Assembly (NCBI GenBank): GCA_964016885.1
Contig: OZ024742.1
Location: 158,410,001 to 158,474,000, forward strand
Direction of reading: 5' to 3'
Source: Eledone cirrhosa
Taxonomy: Eukaryota
Length of the DNA: 64,000 nt
Shown piece by piece: positions 51,225-64,000 of the stretch (within the stretch, counting starts at the first letter, position 1; every line of letters begins with the position of its first letter). The position numbers were made by a program, and so were the translations under genes. Under the pieces are notes generated by a model, which saw only the letters and a program-made list of their open reading frames with translations, was not told where the DNA came from and did not search any database.

Positions 51225-54200
51225 CTACAGGCTGATATAGAGAGAAGGCCCATTCACCCGGGCCATTCTCGCCACTTTGACACATCTTTCATAAAACTGG
51301 ATGAGGTGGAGCACCTCTCTCTCCATCCTGATCCTTCTTCCGAAATGATATCGGAAGAAAAGGACCAGTTGTTGGCCGGAGAGAAAGGCGTCCGACCTCA
51401 GGCCTTTCAAACGCGTCCACCATACAACCTCTTTCACCATGGCTATTACGCACAGAAACACCGCCTCTCCTTCGTTTTTGAAGGGGGAGGCGGCTTGATC
51501 GTTATGATGGACTCGGTGGTCAACCGGATAGGTCCCACCCGTGACAGCAGTCGTTCGACATAGCCCCACAGATCGGCAACACCCGGGCAGTGTACCAATG
51601 CATGCACGACGGTTTCCTCGTCGCGCACACATCAGGGACAGATCTTTTTCGATGGGTCCCTACCCGGGCGGCCGTGTCTGTAGAGCTTTTCTCGAACGGG
51701 CAGAGCCCCTCGGTAGCACTGCCAGGCCAGGGACTTCTGGAAGTTGTCCATAGGTCCAGGGCTAAATGTCCTACCGAACAGGCTGGCCAGTTCGTATCCT
51801 CCATGCCTAGGGCTTCTCCGAGGGCGTCGTCACGCCTGCTGCGCACCAGCCCTCTATAGAATGTCGAGGTGGAGTCTCCACTGATAGCTGGGTCCGCCTG
51901 CCAGAGAGCCGTGAGCGCCTGGGCACACACAGTGTGCCAGGCGCCCAGTTTTCTCGGTCTTTGCTTGACCTAGGATTGCAGCTCGGTGAGAGAGACGAGT
52001 CTCGGAAAGGTTCGTCTCACAAATGGTGCCCACACCGGTTGACCGGTGAGGAATACCTGGAGGTGCCGTAGCCTTAATTTCTTATTTACGCATCAGCAGC
52101 CACGGCATCCCCAGCCCTCCTTTCGAATGGTGGTGACAGCAGATGGATCTCCTCACCAAAAGGAGCCCGCTTCTTCCAAAGGAATTGGAAGAGTGCGGGC
52201 TCCATTTTGGTGAGTGTTTCCCTTGGGCAAGGCACGACGGTCAGGCGGTAGTAGATGACGAACGCTATATAAGTGTTCGCCACCTCCACCCGACCTTTCA
52301 GGGATAGTTTGCACTCGGCCCACTTCTGGGTCAGTGCAAACACCCTGTTCGTTACCTCACCCCAGTTCTTCTCCACCTGGAGGTCTGGTCCGAACCAGAT
52401 CCCGAGCAACTTCACCGGGCCCTCCGTCCAGCGTCCGACGACGCCATCGGAGGACATCGGTTTGCTCCTCCACGTGCCGAGTTGCAAACCGATCGACTTA
52501 TCAGGGTTCAGCTTAGCCCCTGTAAACCTTTCGTACTCCTCCAGTAAGGTGCCGATCGCCCCGATTTCCGTGGTGGTCGACACCATTACTGTTGCGTCAT
52601 CGGCGTAGCACGACACCGCTTTCCGCAATCCCGGTTCCAAAGGGATACCCTGCAACAACTCCAACTTCCGCAGCAGTGGCTCGAGGGCCAATAGATACAG
52701 AAGGGAGGAGAGAGGGCACCCCTGTCGGATGGACCGCGTGATTTCGAACGGCTCCGAGAGGTAGCCGTTCACCTTGACTCTAGAGCAGATGCGGCTGCAG
52801 TGCATGGCAGTGATCCAGCCCCTGAAAACGGGTCCGAAATCTGCCGCCGCTAGCACCGCATCCAGGTAACCATGGTCGACCCTATCGAACGCCCTAGATT
52901 GATCTAAGTTGCTCAGGGCCCCACCAAAGCCGGGTTCGTTCCCAAACCTCTCTATGATGTATCGTATAAGGTGGAGGTTGTCGTGGATGGATCTGGACGG
53001 GATAGCACATGTCTGCACATCTTTCACCAGTCCTTCCTCACTAGCGAGACTACGCCCTTGGACACAGAATAGGGAATTCTCCAGTTCTGTTGCCAGTTGC
53101 AGTAGACCGCCTTGAGGAGATCGGAGAACAAGTCCGGCATAGCTAGATATAGTTCGTATGGAAAACCATCGATGCCGGGAATTTGCGTTTGTCGCATTGA
53201 CTCAACACGTCCCCTATTTCAGCAGCTGAAATCGGCCCCTCGCAAGACTTCGCCTCCTCGTCCGAAAGACGCGGCAGGCCGTCGAGGTATTGGCCGAAGT
53301 CCACATCCCCATCTGGCCGCCCGCCCCACCCGAACAATCGGGCAAAGTGCCTTTGAAAGGCCTCACACATCTGCTTAGGTTCAAGGATCACCGGTCCATC
53401 CTGGTCTCGCAAAGACCGGATAGTGGATCTAATCCCACTTTTGGCTTCTGTCACGCGGGCCTAGCTAACAGCTTTGGTCCCCTTGTTTCCTAGAGCACGT
53501 ATTTTGCTTCGGACAACGCAGCCTTCGTGTTTCGCCTCGAAGAACTGGCCCAAGGCCGTTCTCGACGCTAGCACTCTGGCCACGTCGCCGCTTCTAATTG
53601 CCTCTACTACACTATCTACCAACTCCCTTTCCTTCCTATTTCTATCTGAGGCTAGTTCCTTACTAAATCCTATTGAAACTACTCTAATCTCTCTTTTGAG
53701 AGATCCCCGCCACCTGCTGTTTACGATCGCTCCCGTCAACCTCTCCTTAACTATAGTAGTAATCCGGTCCCTGTACACTTTACTTGCCGGTAAGGACAAG
53801 TTCAGTTTCCAGTAACCGGGTCCCTGTCTATGGGTTCAAATCAAGGTTAACTAAGCAGGTCACTAATTTGTGATCCGAATAGCCAACCATGAGCATCTCT
53901 GGAGAGCTTAAAAGGTCCCTATCCTTATTTCTAACTAGGACCCTATCTAGGTACGACCTAGATGATCCGCTGTGGTTTGCCCAAGACCAGGTTGGTGCAG
54001 TCGGATAATCTAGTCGATATCTATCGGCCAGGTCAAATCGGCCGATTAACCCTTTGAGGCTGTTACAACCCTCTCTATCGAGACATGCCTCTATATAGTC
54101 CCAACGTGCATCCAGGATACCATTCCAGTCCCCCACTAAAAGCAAGGAGCGGGTCGTCCCCCAAAACGTCTCCAGACGTTGGAAGCAGTCCAGCCGCGCT

Positions 54201-54524
54201 GACCCAAAAGGCTCCCCCTTCACCACTGCCAAGGTCTAAGACCACCAGTCGACCCCCCGGGTCCAGGTGTACCGTCTGTGTGCCGAGACCCAGATGTTTT
54301 TGCAGCAGAACGACAACCCCACCCCCACTTCCGGGCTGACAGAGAGATTCGTGCATCTCAAAGTCATCAAAGGTGGGGGCTAGTTGGCGCACGCTGCTGA
54401 TCCGGGCCTCGCAAATAACCATCACATTTATACCGCGTAACCTGAGGTCATATAGAAGCTTAGCTTGCTTCGAAACTGTGCCCAGGCCACGCGTATTCAG
54501 GCAACCCACTCTCAACACAACCAT
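51225..54524 (-). pseudogene. Copy D ORF2 (EN + RT), frameshifted, small deletion near 53040
   Basis: MVVLRVGCLNTRGL, GDWNG, SYLDRV, SDHKLV, LDQSRAFDRVDH, IRQGCPLS, YADD, GPSLYISL-stop. Confidence 0.9.
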
Positions 54525-54559
54525 GCTGGCGGCGAAGGGAAAGAAAAAAGAAAAAACAC

Positions 54560-56310
54560 CTACCTCTCTACGTCCCTGGGTCCGGACCGCGCAACTTCCA
54601 TGAAGGTGGGGGAGGGGTCGTTGGGTGGTGGTTTGTGGTGGTGGGGTTGGGGTATTTGGAGTTGTGTGGATGTCTAAGGAGGGAGGTGGGTAACCTTTTA
54701 AGAGGACGCGGTTAAACGGTTTGTTACAGGGGGGCCCCACGTCCTCTTTATAAACGTTTTTTAAAGTTTGATAAAGGTTCATGGGGACCTTTATCATTTT
54801 GAGGTGTGGAGAGTCATCCACTATCTTAAAATTTGGCCCTTGGGTTTGCACCGAAGGGTTACTGTTTATTATATTGAGCAGTTTTTTTGTTTTGTTTGTT
54901 GATGTAAGTGTACTGTAATGTTTTTTTCTGTGACGCTGTTAGTGTTGTGTTATGGGGAGGGGGTGCTTTGTGTTTTGTTGGTTTCTTCTGTGTTTGTTTG
55001 GTTTCTGTTAGTGATATGTTCTTTTTTTTTCCTTTTTACTGGTCGGAACGGCTCTCCTTCATCTTCGCTATGCTCCGATGTAAGGAGGTTTTCGTCCGTG
55101 TACGGGGGTAGGGGGATATTTTGTGGTAGTGTTGTGTTGGTGTATGTATTTGTGGGTGGGTGGGACTGTGATTTGTTTCGTTTTCTTTTGTTTTTGTTGT
55201 TGCTGTGGTGGTGGTGATGGAGGTGGTGTTGTTGGTTTTTGTTGTCGTTGTGGTGGCGGTGGCGTATTTTGTTGTTGTTGTGGTGGTGGTGTTGGTTGTT
55301 TTTGTTGTTGTTGTGGTGTTTGTAGCAGTGTTTTTTTTGTTGTTAGTAGAGGTCAGGCAGTCCTCAGGTGACCTCTGCCAGCGCAGTAGTAACATGAGGG
55401 CCTCCGGCCCTCCACCGTAATATTAATGAAAGTTCGACCATCCAGTAGTACTCGGTCGGGTATTCCGGCGATTCTCTCTGGTGTTATCTGTATGAAAACC
55501 TCCAGACTTTTTCCCCCGAACATTCCACTGGTGGACTCACCTGCTGATGCTAGAATGTCCTTTTCTAGGTCCGTGAATCCTGTCAGGACGGACCAGATGT
55601 CTACTTCTGGCGTTGAGCTCCACATTCTTAATCTTTGCGTTCTTCTTCCCATATATGTGGGGAAGAAGGTGTATTGTGCTGAAACTATAGGTGCCACCGA
55701 GCATTTTCGAGCCAGCATTTGGTCCTTCATTCGGACCATAATGTTGGCATAAAGCTTTCCTCTTTCAATAAAGAGTATGTTTTTTATAATGTCTTTCAGA
55801 ACCAGCTCAATTTGACTTTCTGTCAATTGAGTTGGTTTTCTTGTTGCGTTGGATATAGTCCTGAAAGTTATAGTATTCCTATATGCCTGTTGACGTACTT
55901 CTTCTGGGGAGTTTATCGTAAAAGAACCATCTTCCCCAAAAGATACGTATTTTCTGGCATTTAATAAGTTTTGCTTAGCGTTAGTAATGTATATGGGTTT
56001 GTATTCGATCGTTTTTTTTTACTGTTTAGGCAAAATAAATTTTGCTGTTTTTGTTGTTTTCGTTTCGTTCATTGTTGTTTGTTGTTGCAATGTTGGTTTT
56101 ATTAATTCCATTTGTTGTGGTATTTTGTCCATGTTATCTTTTTCAAAATTTGGGTTTTCACTCAAATTAACAGACTTTTTCACAGGGTTTTTTTTCATTC
56201 GAGAGGAGGGGTAGTTCAACAGTTTGAATTGTTGTTCCCTCTTTCTCGCTTTTTTTGGTGGGCGTGACGTTAGCTTGCAATATGTCTTCATCGTTTTTAA
56301 CGATATCAAC
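54560..56310 (-). pseudogene. Copy D ORF1, frameshifted; start approximate
   Basis: YTFFPTYMGRRTQRL, INITVEGRRPSCYYCAGRGHL, PMNLYQTLK..KEDVGPP shared with copy B. Confidence 0.8.
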
Positions 56311-56522
56311 AAACATTTTAAATTAAATATGTTTATCCTAAAAGGGGCGAAAATACATTTACCCAACGTCTACAGTCCCAGACGAGGAGTTAGAGTCAAC
56401 AATAATAACAAAATTCAAATAAAACACTCACAAATAACAAAGTAGTAATACAAAATCGAAGAACCGATGTGAAAGACGTCCACTATCAACGATAGATATA
56501 TAGATACATAGATAATAGATAT

Positions 56523-59500
56523 ATTTCTTTATTAGCCACAAGGGCGCACAAGAAAAGGGGACAATACAAAGACATGCCGGGGATTTTACATGCAGTCGTG
56601 TAAAAAATATAAAAACAAACAATTACAACAATCGAAATCCCCAATAGGGGGGAGGCGCCACAAATGGGTTGTTTAATACCCCGTCGATAGAACAACCCTC
56701 AACTCCAGGAGCGTGTTGTGCAAGTGCTCCTTTCTTCCTTTTGCTCTCTTCCTCAACCTACAGGCTTATAAACAGAGAAGGCCCAATCACTCGTGCCATC
56801 TTTCAGTGAATTTACTGGGGTGCAGTGTCTCTCTCTCCACCCTGATTCTCCTTCTAAAGTGATACTTAAAGAAGGGAATCAATTGTTGTCCGGAGAGAAA
56901 GGCATCTGTCCTCAGTCCTCTCAACCTCGTCCACCATATAACTTCTTTCACCATAGCCACCGTACAGAGGAAAACCGCCTCTCTTTCGTTTTTGAAAGAG
57001 GCTGGCGGTTTGATACTTACTATGGACTCAGCAGTCAACTGGATTTATCCCATACGCGACAGCAGTTGTTCTGCATAGTTCCACAGGTCGGTTACGCCCG
57101 GGCAGTGTACAATTGCGTGCAGGATTGTTTCAATGTCCTGCGCACATCTTGGATACGTCCTCTTGGAAGGATCCCTGCCGGGGCGTCCGTGCCTGTAGAT
57201 CTTGTCACGAACCGGTAGAGCTCCTCAGTAGCACTGCCAGGCCAGGGACCTCTGGAAGTTGTCCATAGGTTTCTGCGGAAAGTCCTACCAAACAGACTGG
57301 TGAGCTCATCGTCTTCAACGCCCAGAGTCTCTCCGAGCACTAGATCGCCCTTATAACGTACAATCCCTCTATAGAATGTCGAAGTGGAGTCTCCACTGAT
57401 TGCTGCGCCCGCTTGCCAGAGGGCTGTGCGCGCCTGAGCGCATTCAATGTGCCAGGCGCCCATCGTTTTCGGTCTTTTCTTGACCCAGAACTGCAGCTCC
57501 GTCATCGAGACGAGCTGTGGGAAAGCCTGTCCCACAAACGGTGCCCACACCGGTTGGGGGTCGGTGAGGAATACCTGGAGATGCCGCAGCCTCAACGCAT
57601 GTTTGCGCATCATCAGCCACGGCATTCCCAGCCCTCCGTTAGAAGGGTGCTGACAGCAGACGGATCTCCTCACCAGCGGAGCCTGCTTCTTCCACAGAAA
57701 CTGGAAGAGCGTGCGTTCCATCTTGGCGAGGTGTTCACGGGGACAAGGCACGACAGTCAAGCGTTAGTAGATGACGGACGCTATGAAAGTGTTCGCCACC
57801 TCCGCTCGACCTTTCAAGGACAGTTTGCACTCTACCCACTTCTGGGTGAGTGCAAACACCTTGGCCGTGACCTCGTTCCAGTTTTTCTCCACCTGGAGGT
57901 CTGGACCGAACCAGACCCCGAGCAATTTCACCGGTCCGTCCGTCCAGCAGCATCCAACGACACTGTCGGACGTCATCGGTTTGCCTCGCCACGTTCCTAG
58001 TTGCAAACCGACAGACTTGTCCGGGTTTAGTTTTGCTCCCGTCAGGGTTTCGTATTCTTTCAGTAAGTTGCCGATCACCCCGATTTCCGAGGTACTCGAC
58101 ACCGTTACCGTCAAGTCGTCGGCATAAGCCGACGCCGCTTTGCGCAGTCCCGGTTCTAGAGGGATGCCCTGCAACAGCTCAAATTTCCGCAGTAGTGGCT
58201 CTAGAGTCAATACATATAGAATTGAGGAGAGAGGGCACCCCTGTCGAATGGTACGCGTGATTGCGAACGGCTCCGATAGGTAGCCGTTCACCTTGACCCT
58301 CGACCAGATGCTGGTGTGCATCGACTTGATCCTTCTTCTGAACACGGGACCGAAACCGGCCGCCTTGAGAACCGCTTCCAAGTATCGATGGTCGACCCTA
58401 TCGAATACCTTAGACTGATCCAAGTTGATCAGAGCCCCACCGAAGCCGGGTTTACTACCCACCCTCTCTGTGATGTATCGCATGAGGTGGAGGTTGTCGT
58501 GTATGGACCTGGTCGGGATTGCACACGTTTGCGCTTTCTCTACCAGGTTCTCGACGACAAGCGCCAACCTCGTCGCTAGCACCTTGGCCAAAATCTTTAA
58601 CTCTGTGTTGAACAGAGTTATGGGCCTGAAGTTGTGAATTTCGTCCCCCTTGTTCTCGTCTTTCCTGATCAGCGTTACTACGCCCTTGCCTTCAGAAGTG
58701 AGAATTCTCCCGTTCTGCTGCCAATTGCAGTAGACGGCTTCGAGGACACCAGAGAACAAGTCCGTCATGCCTATGTAAAATTCGTAGGGTAGACCATCTA
58801 GACCGGGTGACTTGCGTTTCTCGCAGCGGCCCAGAGCGTCCCGTATCTCAGTGTCCGTGATTGGTCTTTCGCAGAACTCGGCGTCCGTGTTCGAGAGACG
58901 CGGCAGGCCGTTGAGGTATGAACTAAAGTCTATTGCCCGTTCGGCTCACCGTCGTTTTGCTCGAACAGTCTCGCAAAGTGCCACTGAAAGGCCGCGCACA
59001 TTTGCTTGGGGTCAAGTAGCACGCGTCCGTTTCCTAGAGCACGTGTTTTGCTTCTGACCACGCAGCCTTCGTGTTTCGCATCGAAGAACTGGTCCAGTGT
59101 CGTTCTCGACGCTAACACTCTAGCCGCGTTGCCACTTCTAAGTGCCTCCTCTACCTTGGCTACTAGTTCTCTTTCTATTCTGTTTTTCTCTAAGGCTAAC
59201 TCTCTGCTTTACCCTATCGATTCTATTCTAATTGCTTTCTTGAGAGAGTACCACCATCTATTGTTGACGATGGCTCCCGTTAACTGTTGCTTGACTAGTC
59301 TACTTATCCGTTCACTGTAAGCTTTACGTGCCGGCAACGACACGTTCAGCTTCCAGTATCCGGGACCCTGTCTATGTATTCTATCACGGTTGACAAAGCA
59401 GGCGACTAACTTGTGATCTGAATAGGCAACCATGTGCATTCGTGGACAGCTTAACATCTCATTGTCGCTTTCTCTAATGAAGAACCTATCTAAATACGAT

Positions 59501-59580
59501 CTAGATGTCCCACTGCGGTTTGCCCACGTCCACTGTGGTGCAGTCGGGAAATCCAGTCGATACCTATCGGCCAGTTGGAA
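56523..59580 (-). mobile_element. Tx1 copy E: 5'-truncated within EN
   Basis: SDHKLV, GPGYWKLN, FRPITLFNTELKILAKVLA, IRQGCPLS, AYADD; 3' end TTTCTTTATTAGCCAC next to degenerate (AGAT)n at 56491-56522. Confidence 0.92.
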
Positions 59581-59603
59581 TTGGTTGTTATTACTCTCAT
59601 TTC

Positions 59604-59684
59604 TTTTCCATAGTAGTAATCCAGCATAGTCTTCCTGGTTTCAGCCAAGTCGTTGAAACTATGCTGGATTACTACCATGGAAAA
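59604..59684. repeat. Hairpin: 27-bp arms (1 mismatch), 27-nt spacer
   Basis: TTTTCCATAGTAGTAATCCAGCATAGT / ACTATGCTGGATTACTACCATGGAAAA. Confidence 0.9.
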
Positions 59685-59794
59685 AAAATGTACGAAAAAT
59701 ATTGATTACTGGAGAGTTTGGTCATGGGCTCCGATCCCTTGCTTGCAAATTGAACACTTCTACGTCAATTAATTCCCCATTTCCATATGGGCAT

Positions 59795-59945
59795 CCATTA
59801 GGGGCTGAACTATCAGCATCTTTAGAACGTCTAATAGAATAGTTTGAGATCTTTGGAATCTATGTTCAAAACATGCAGACATTAACTTTGCTTTTCATCC
59901 TTTCGAGATCGATAAATAAGTACCAGTCCACTAATGGAGTCGATT
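59795..59945 (+). mobile_element. Degraded SINE copy
   Basis: AACTTTGCTTTTCATCCTTTCGAGATCGATAAATAAGTACCAG. Confidence 0.7.
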
Positions 59946-61253
59946 GTTCTCCTCTCTCTCTATACTTGGAAACAATCAGTTTGTCCAGGCTTAAGGAAAA
60001 ATAGGTTCAGTGCATTTATAATTATATTTTCTTTAAATAACTATGTATGTGTATGTGCTTGTGTGTAATGTGAGCGAATGTGTCCATTTGTGCTTGTCTG
60101 TATGTTTGGGGCTGTTTCTGTTTTTTTACGAAAATAATTAGTAGCAAAATAACAACAGACACCCAGATAGACAGAGGCGGATAGAAAAATATAGTTGTAG
60201 TGAGGTCTTCATTAGATTATATAACGTGCAAGACTGTCCCTAGATGTGTATGTGCTCAAACATGTTTGTCTGTATTCATGTATGTTTACGTTTGTATTCT
60301 ACTTGAGAAATATAATAAACAGATAGAGAAGGTCGATATCTGTCTTTGTTCTGACATAACCGATAAAGATTCTCCGTTGGCGACAAAGGATATGTTATGA
60401 CAACATATTGATGTCATACCTTTCAAGAACACGTTTAGATATATTTATACTTAGCACGATATATTGTAGCGTTAAATGACATCTGATATATTATGTGACA
60501 ATGTTACAGAATATTTTCTGCCGAATGGTAAATAGATTGATTAACAGGGAGGTTTTAACTGGTCACATGAGCTGCTAGAAATTTCTTCAAACCAATCTTT
60601 ACCATCGGAAATAGGAAAGGCTCGCATAATACCCAACAGATCATAATGTCGATGCGCCGATTTTTAAATCAGTCGGGGCATTTTATTCTTCAGAAAAACA
60701 CTAAATTTCTCGTTACCACAGTCCACTTGGCTGTAAATGAGTCCCAGCATAAGCTCACGATTAAAGCTAAGACAGACTGGTTGGTGTCCTAAAATTAGTT
60801 TATCTTATACACCCCGTCAATTAACGATAATGAAACCAGGATAATCACTGGCCTGATAAGCATCCGGGCTTGTGACAGTCTACAACAGGTTTATACTTGA
60901 TCACGGCTAAGCTGGAGCAATTTACATACCGTAATCGATACTTAGAGATCAATATTTTACAGTCCAAGAGGTTGTAAGTTGATATATCAGAGACGACGGG
61001 AATAGTTTTATCAATGATAATATGGCCAAATTGACTAGTGTTGCATTGGTGTTGTTTGCTGCTGTTGAGATTATTTAGAAAACAATTAGCCGTGATAGAG
61101 CAAACCTATAATCCTATTGCCAGAGTATACAGGTAAAGGATTGGCAGATTTGCTAGGAGCTTCTGATTAAAAATGCCTCGAGTATTCATTTCAACTCACT
61201 GTGCTATGATTCAAATCAAGTTTGCCTATCGATAATGTCCAGTGTTGCTACTG

Positions 61254-61412
<159 letters not shown>

Positions 61413-61679
61413 GCAAAAGTTTATCAGTGTTCCAATCTGGAGTGGAATGGATTCAGCTTTATAGCAATGATCAGCTCCGGGAAATAAAATAGCAATTGAT
61501 GAAAAACATTAGTTGTGCAGCAGTTGCTACTGCATTTCATCATCAACAATAAGAATATCATAACATTAAATATTATAAAACGAGAGTAATAACAACAAAT
61601 AACACAAACCAGGAAGAAACGGTCAAATTACTAGCATTTGGGCAGAACTACAGGAAAGTCACCATTATTAATGATTTAT

Positions 61680-61840
61680 ATTATAGGAACAAGGACAGCA
61701 ATTGAGGGGGACGAAACGTTGATTAAATCGAACCAGTTCATTACAGGTACATTATTTTATTGATCCCGTAAGGATGAAAGGCAAAGCTAAGCTCGGTGCT
61801 GCGAAACATATTGTCGGGCGCTCTACTGACACTGTCAATC
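61680..61840 (-). mobile_element. SINE copy
   Basis: TTTATTGATCCCGTAAGGATGAAAGGCAAAGCTAAGCTCGG. Confidence 0.75.
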
Positions 61841-61844
61841 AACG

Positions 61845-64000
61845 ATAGCAACAACTACAGAAACAATAGTTGCAGAAACAACAACTAGAGTATCAATAGC
61901 TGCAACAGCAATGAGAGCAACAATAATAGCAAGAGCAACGATAGCAGCGGTTGCTGCAGTAGCAAGAACGACATTAACAGTAGATGTAACAACAGTAGCA
62001 ACAACAACAACAGCAACGGTAGCAGCAGTAGCAAGAACGACAGCAACAATAGCAACAACAACAAGAGCAACGGTAGCCGCACTAGCAAGAACGACAACAA
62101 CAGTAGCAACAACAACAACAGCAACACTAGATGCAGGAACAAAAACAACATCAATATAGCTGCAACAACAACATCAACATCGCTGCTGCAACAACAACAC
62201 CAACAATAGCTGCAGCAACAACACCAACAATAGCTGCAGCAGCAACAGCTGCAACAACAACAGCAATAATAGCTGCAGCAACAACACCAACAATAGCTGC
62301 AGCAACAACACCAACAATAGCTGCAGCAACAACAGCAACAACAGCTGCAACAACAACACCAACAATAGCTGCAGCAACAACACCAATAATAGCTGCAGCA
62401 ACAACACCAACAATAGCTGCAGCAACAACAGCAACAATAGCTGCAGCAACAACAGCAACAATAGCTGCAGCAACAACAGCTGCAACAACAACACCAACAA
62501 TAGCTGCAGCAACAACACCAACAATAGCTGCATCAACAACACCAACAATAGCTGCAGCAACACCACCAACAATAGCTGCAGCAACAACAGCTGCAACAAC
62601 AACACCAACAATAGCTGCAGCAACAACACCAACAATAGCTGCAACAACAACACCAACAATAGCTGCAGCAACAGCAGCAACAATAGCTGCAGCAACAACA
62701 GCTGCAACAACAACACCAACAATAGCTGCAGCAACAACACCAACAATAGCTGCAGCAACAACACCAACAATAGCTGCAGCAACAACAGCTGCAACAACAA
62801 CACCAACAATAGCTGCAGCAACAACACCAACAATAGCTGCAGCAACAACACCAACAATAGCTGCAGCAACAACACCAACAATAGCTGCAGCAACAACACC
62901 AACAATAGCTGCAGCAACAACACCAGCAATAGCTGCAGCAACAACGCCAACAATAGCTGCAGCAACAACAGCTGCAACAACAACAGCAACAATAGCTGCA
63001 GTAACAAGAATGACAGTAACAATAGCTGCAACAACAACAATATAGCTGCAGCAACATCAGCAACAATATCTGCAGCAACAACAATGAGAGTAACAATAGG
63101 TGCAACAACAACAATGGTAGCAACAATAGTTGCTGCAATAACAGTCACACCAGTATTAGCTGCTGCAACACTGATAACACCAATAGCTGCAGTAACAGCA
63201 ACGACAGAGATAATATATCTGTAGGAACAACAAGGACAACAACAGTAGGTCCAGCAACAAAAATGGTAGCAACAGTAGCTGTAACACACCAAAGACAGCA
63301 ACAATATCTGAAGGAAGAAAGACAACAACTACAAAAACAGTGGCTGCAACAACAATGACAGCAACAATAACTGTAACAACAGCAGCAACAATATCTGCAG
63401 CCACACCAGCAACAGCAACAGTAGCTGCAGGAAAACGACGACATCAACTATAGCTGCAACAACAGAACGACAACAACGTTAGCTGCAGGACTACAACGAT
63501 AGCAAGAGCAGCTGCAACAACAAATATGACAGCTATAGTAACTGCAACAACAGCAATGATAGCAACTATAGCTGCAGCAACAAATATGACAGCAATAGTA
63601 ACTGCAGCAACAGCAACGATAGCAACTATAGCTGCAGCAACAAATATGACAGCAATAGTAACTGCAGCAACAGCAACGATAGCAACTATAGCTGCAGCAA
63701 CAAATATGACAGCAATAGTAACTGCAGCAACAGCAACGATAGCAACTATAGCTGCAGCAACAAATATGAGAGCAATAGTAACTGCAGCAACAACAACGAT
63801 AGCAACAGTAGATGCAACAACAAATATCACAGCAATAGTAACTGCAGCAACAACAATGACATCAACTGTAGCTGCAAGAGTAGAACGACAACAACGTCAG
63901 TAACATTAGATGCAGCACAACAACAATAGCAACGGCAGCTGCAACAATAAATATCACAGCAATAGTAACTGCAGCACTACAACGATAGCAACAGCAGCAA
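61845..64000 (+). repeat. Triplet-phased (ACA/GCA/ATA) minisatellite: 24-bp unit GCTGCAGCAACAACACCAACAATA (62180-63040) and 60-bp unit (~63510-63850); continues past the window end
   Basis: Consecutive 60-nt lines 63541-63780 are near identical; 24-bp unit translates AAATTPTI. Confidence 0.9.

Larger units (their letters stand above)
51051..56490 (-). mobile_element. Tx1/L1-clade LINE copy D, near full length
   Basis: ORF1 with RRPSCYYCAGRGHL, ORF2 EN-RT (SCYADD), 3'UTR; degenerate (AGAT)n at 5' flank. Confidence 0.93.

Noticed and set aside
62174-63328. Minus-strand poly-Leu/Gln and poly-Cys ORFs
   Set aside because: Alternative frames of the triplet minisatellite.

Overview
Eukaryotic, AT-rich, microsatellite-dense DNA. 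The tRNA-derived SINEs and LINE set resemble those of octopod cephalopods; that assignment is recognition, not a database result. I can support no intact host gene, and the window reads as intergenic or intronic. It is dominated by non-LTR retrotransposons. (i) A rearranged Tx1/L1-clade LINE (A) sits in an (AAT)n tract at ~8.5-14.5 kb. (ii) A ~19-kb head-to-tail, all-minus-strand stack of five related Tx1-clade copies spans 40.4-59.6 kb: two near full length (B, D) and three 5'-truncated (C, C', E). They are mostly separated by (AGAT)n runs, and a near full-length RTE LINE is nested in one run. (iii) R4/Dong-like, RTE and Penelope remnants, ~15 SINE copies, several fold-back inverted repeats and a terminal Thr/Ala-type minisatellite make up the rest. 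The most unusual signal is in the Tx1 copies. The ORF1 stop codon always lies inside a 5' splice-donor consensus (AG|GTAAGT or AG|GTAGGT), and the ORF2 end looks like a 3' acceptor. Splicing would excise the whole ORF2 as an intron and regenerate the ORF1 stop (AGG-TAA in B, AGG-TGA in D). All LINE ORFs carry frameshifts or stops.
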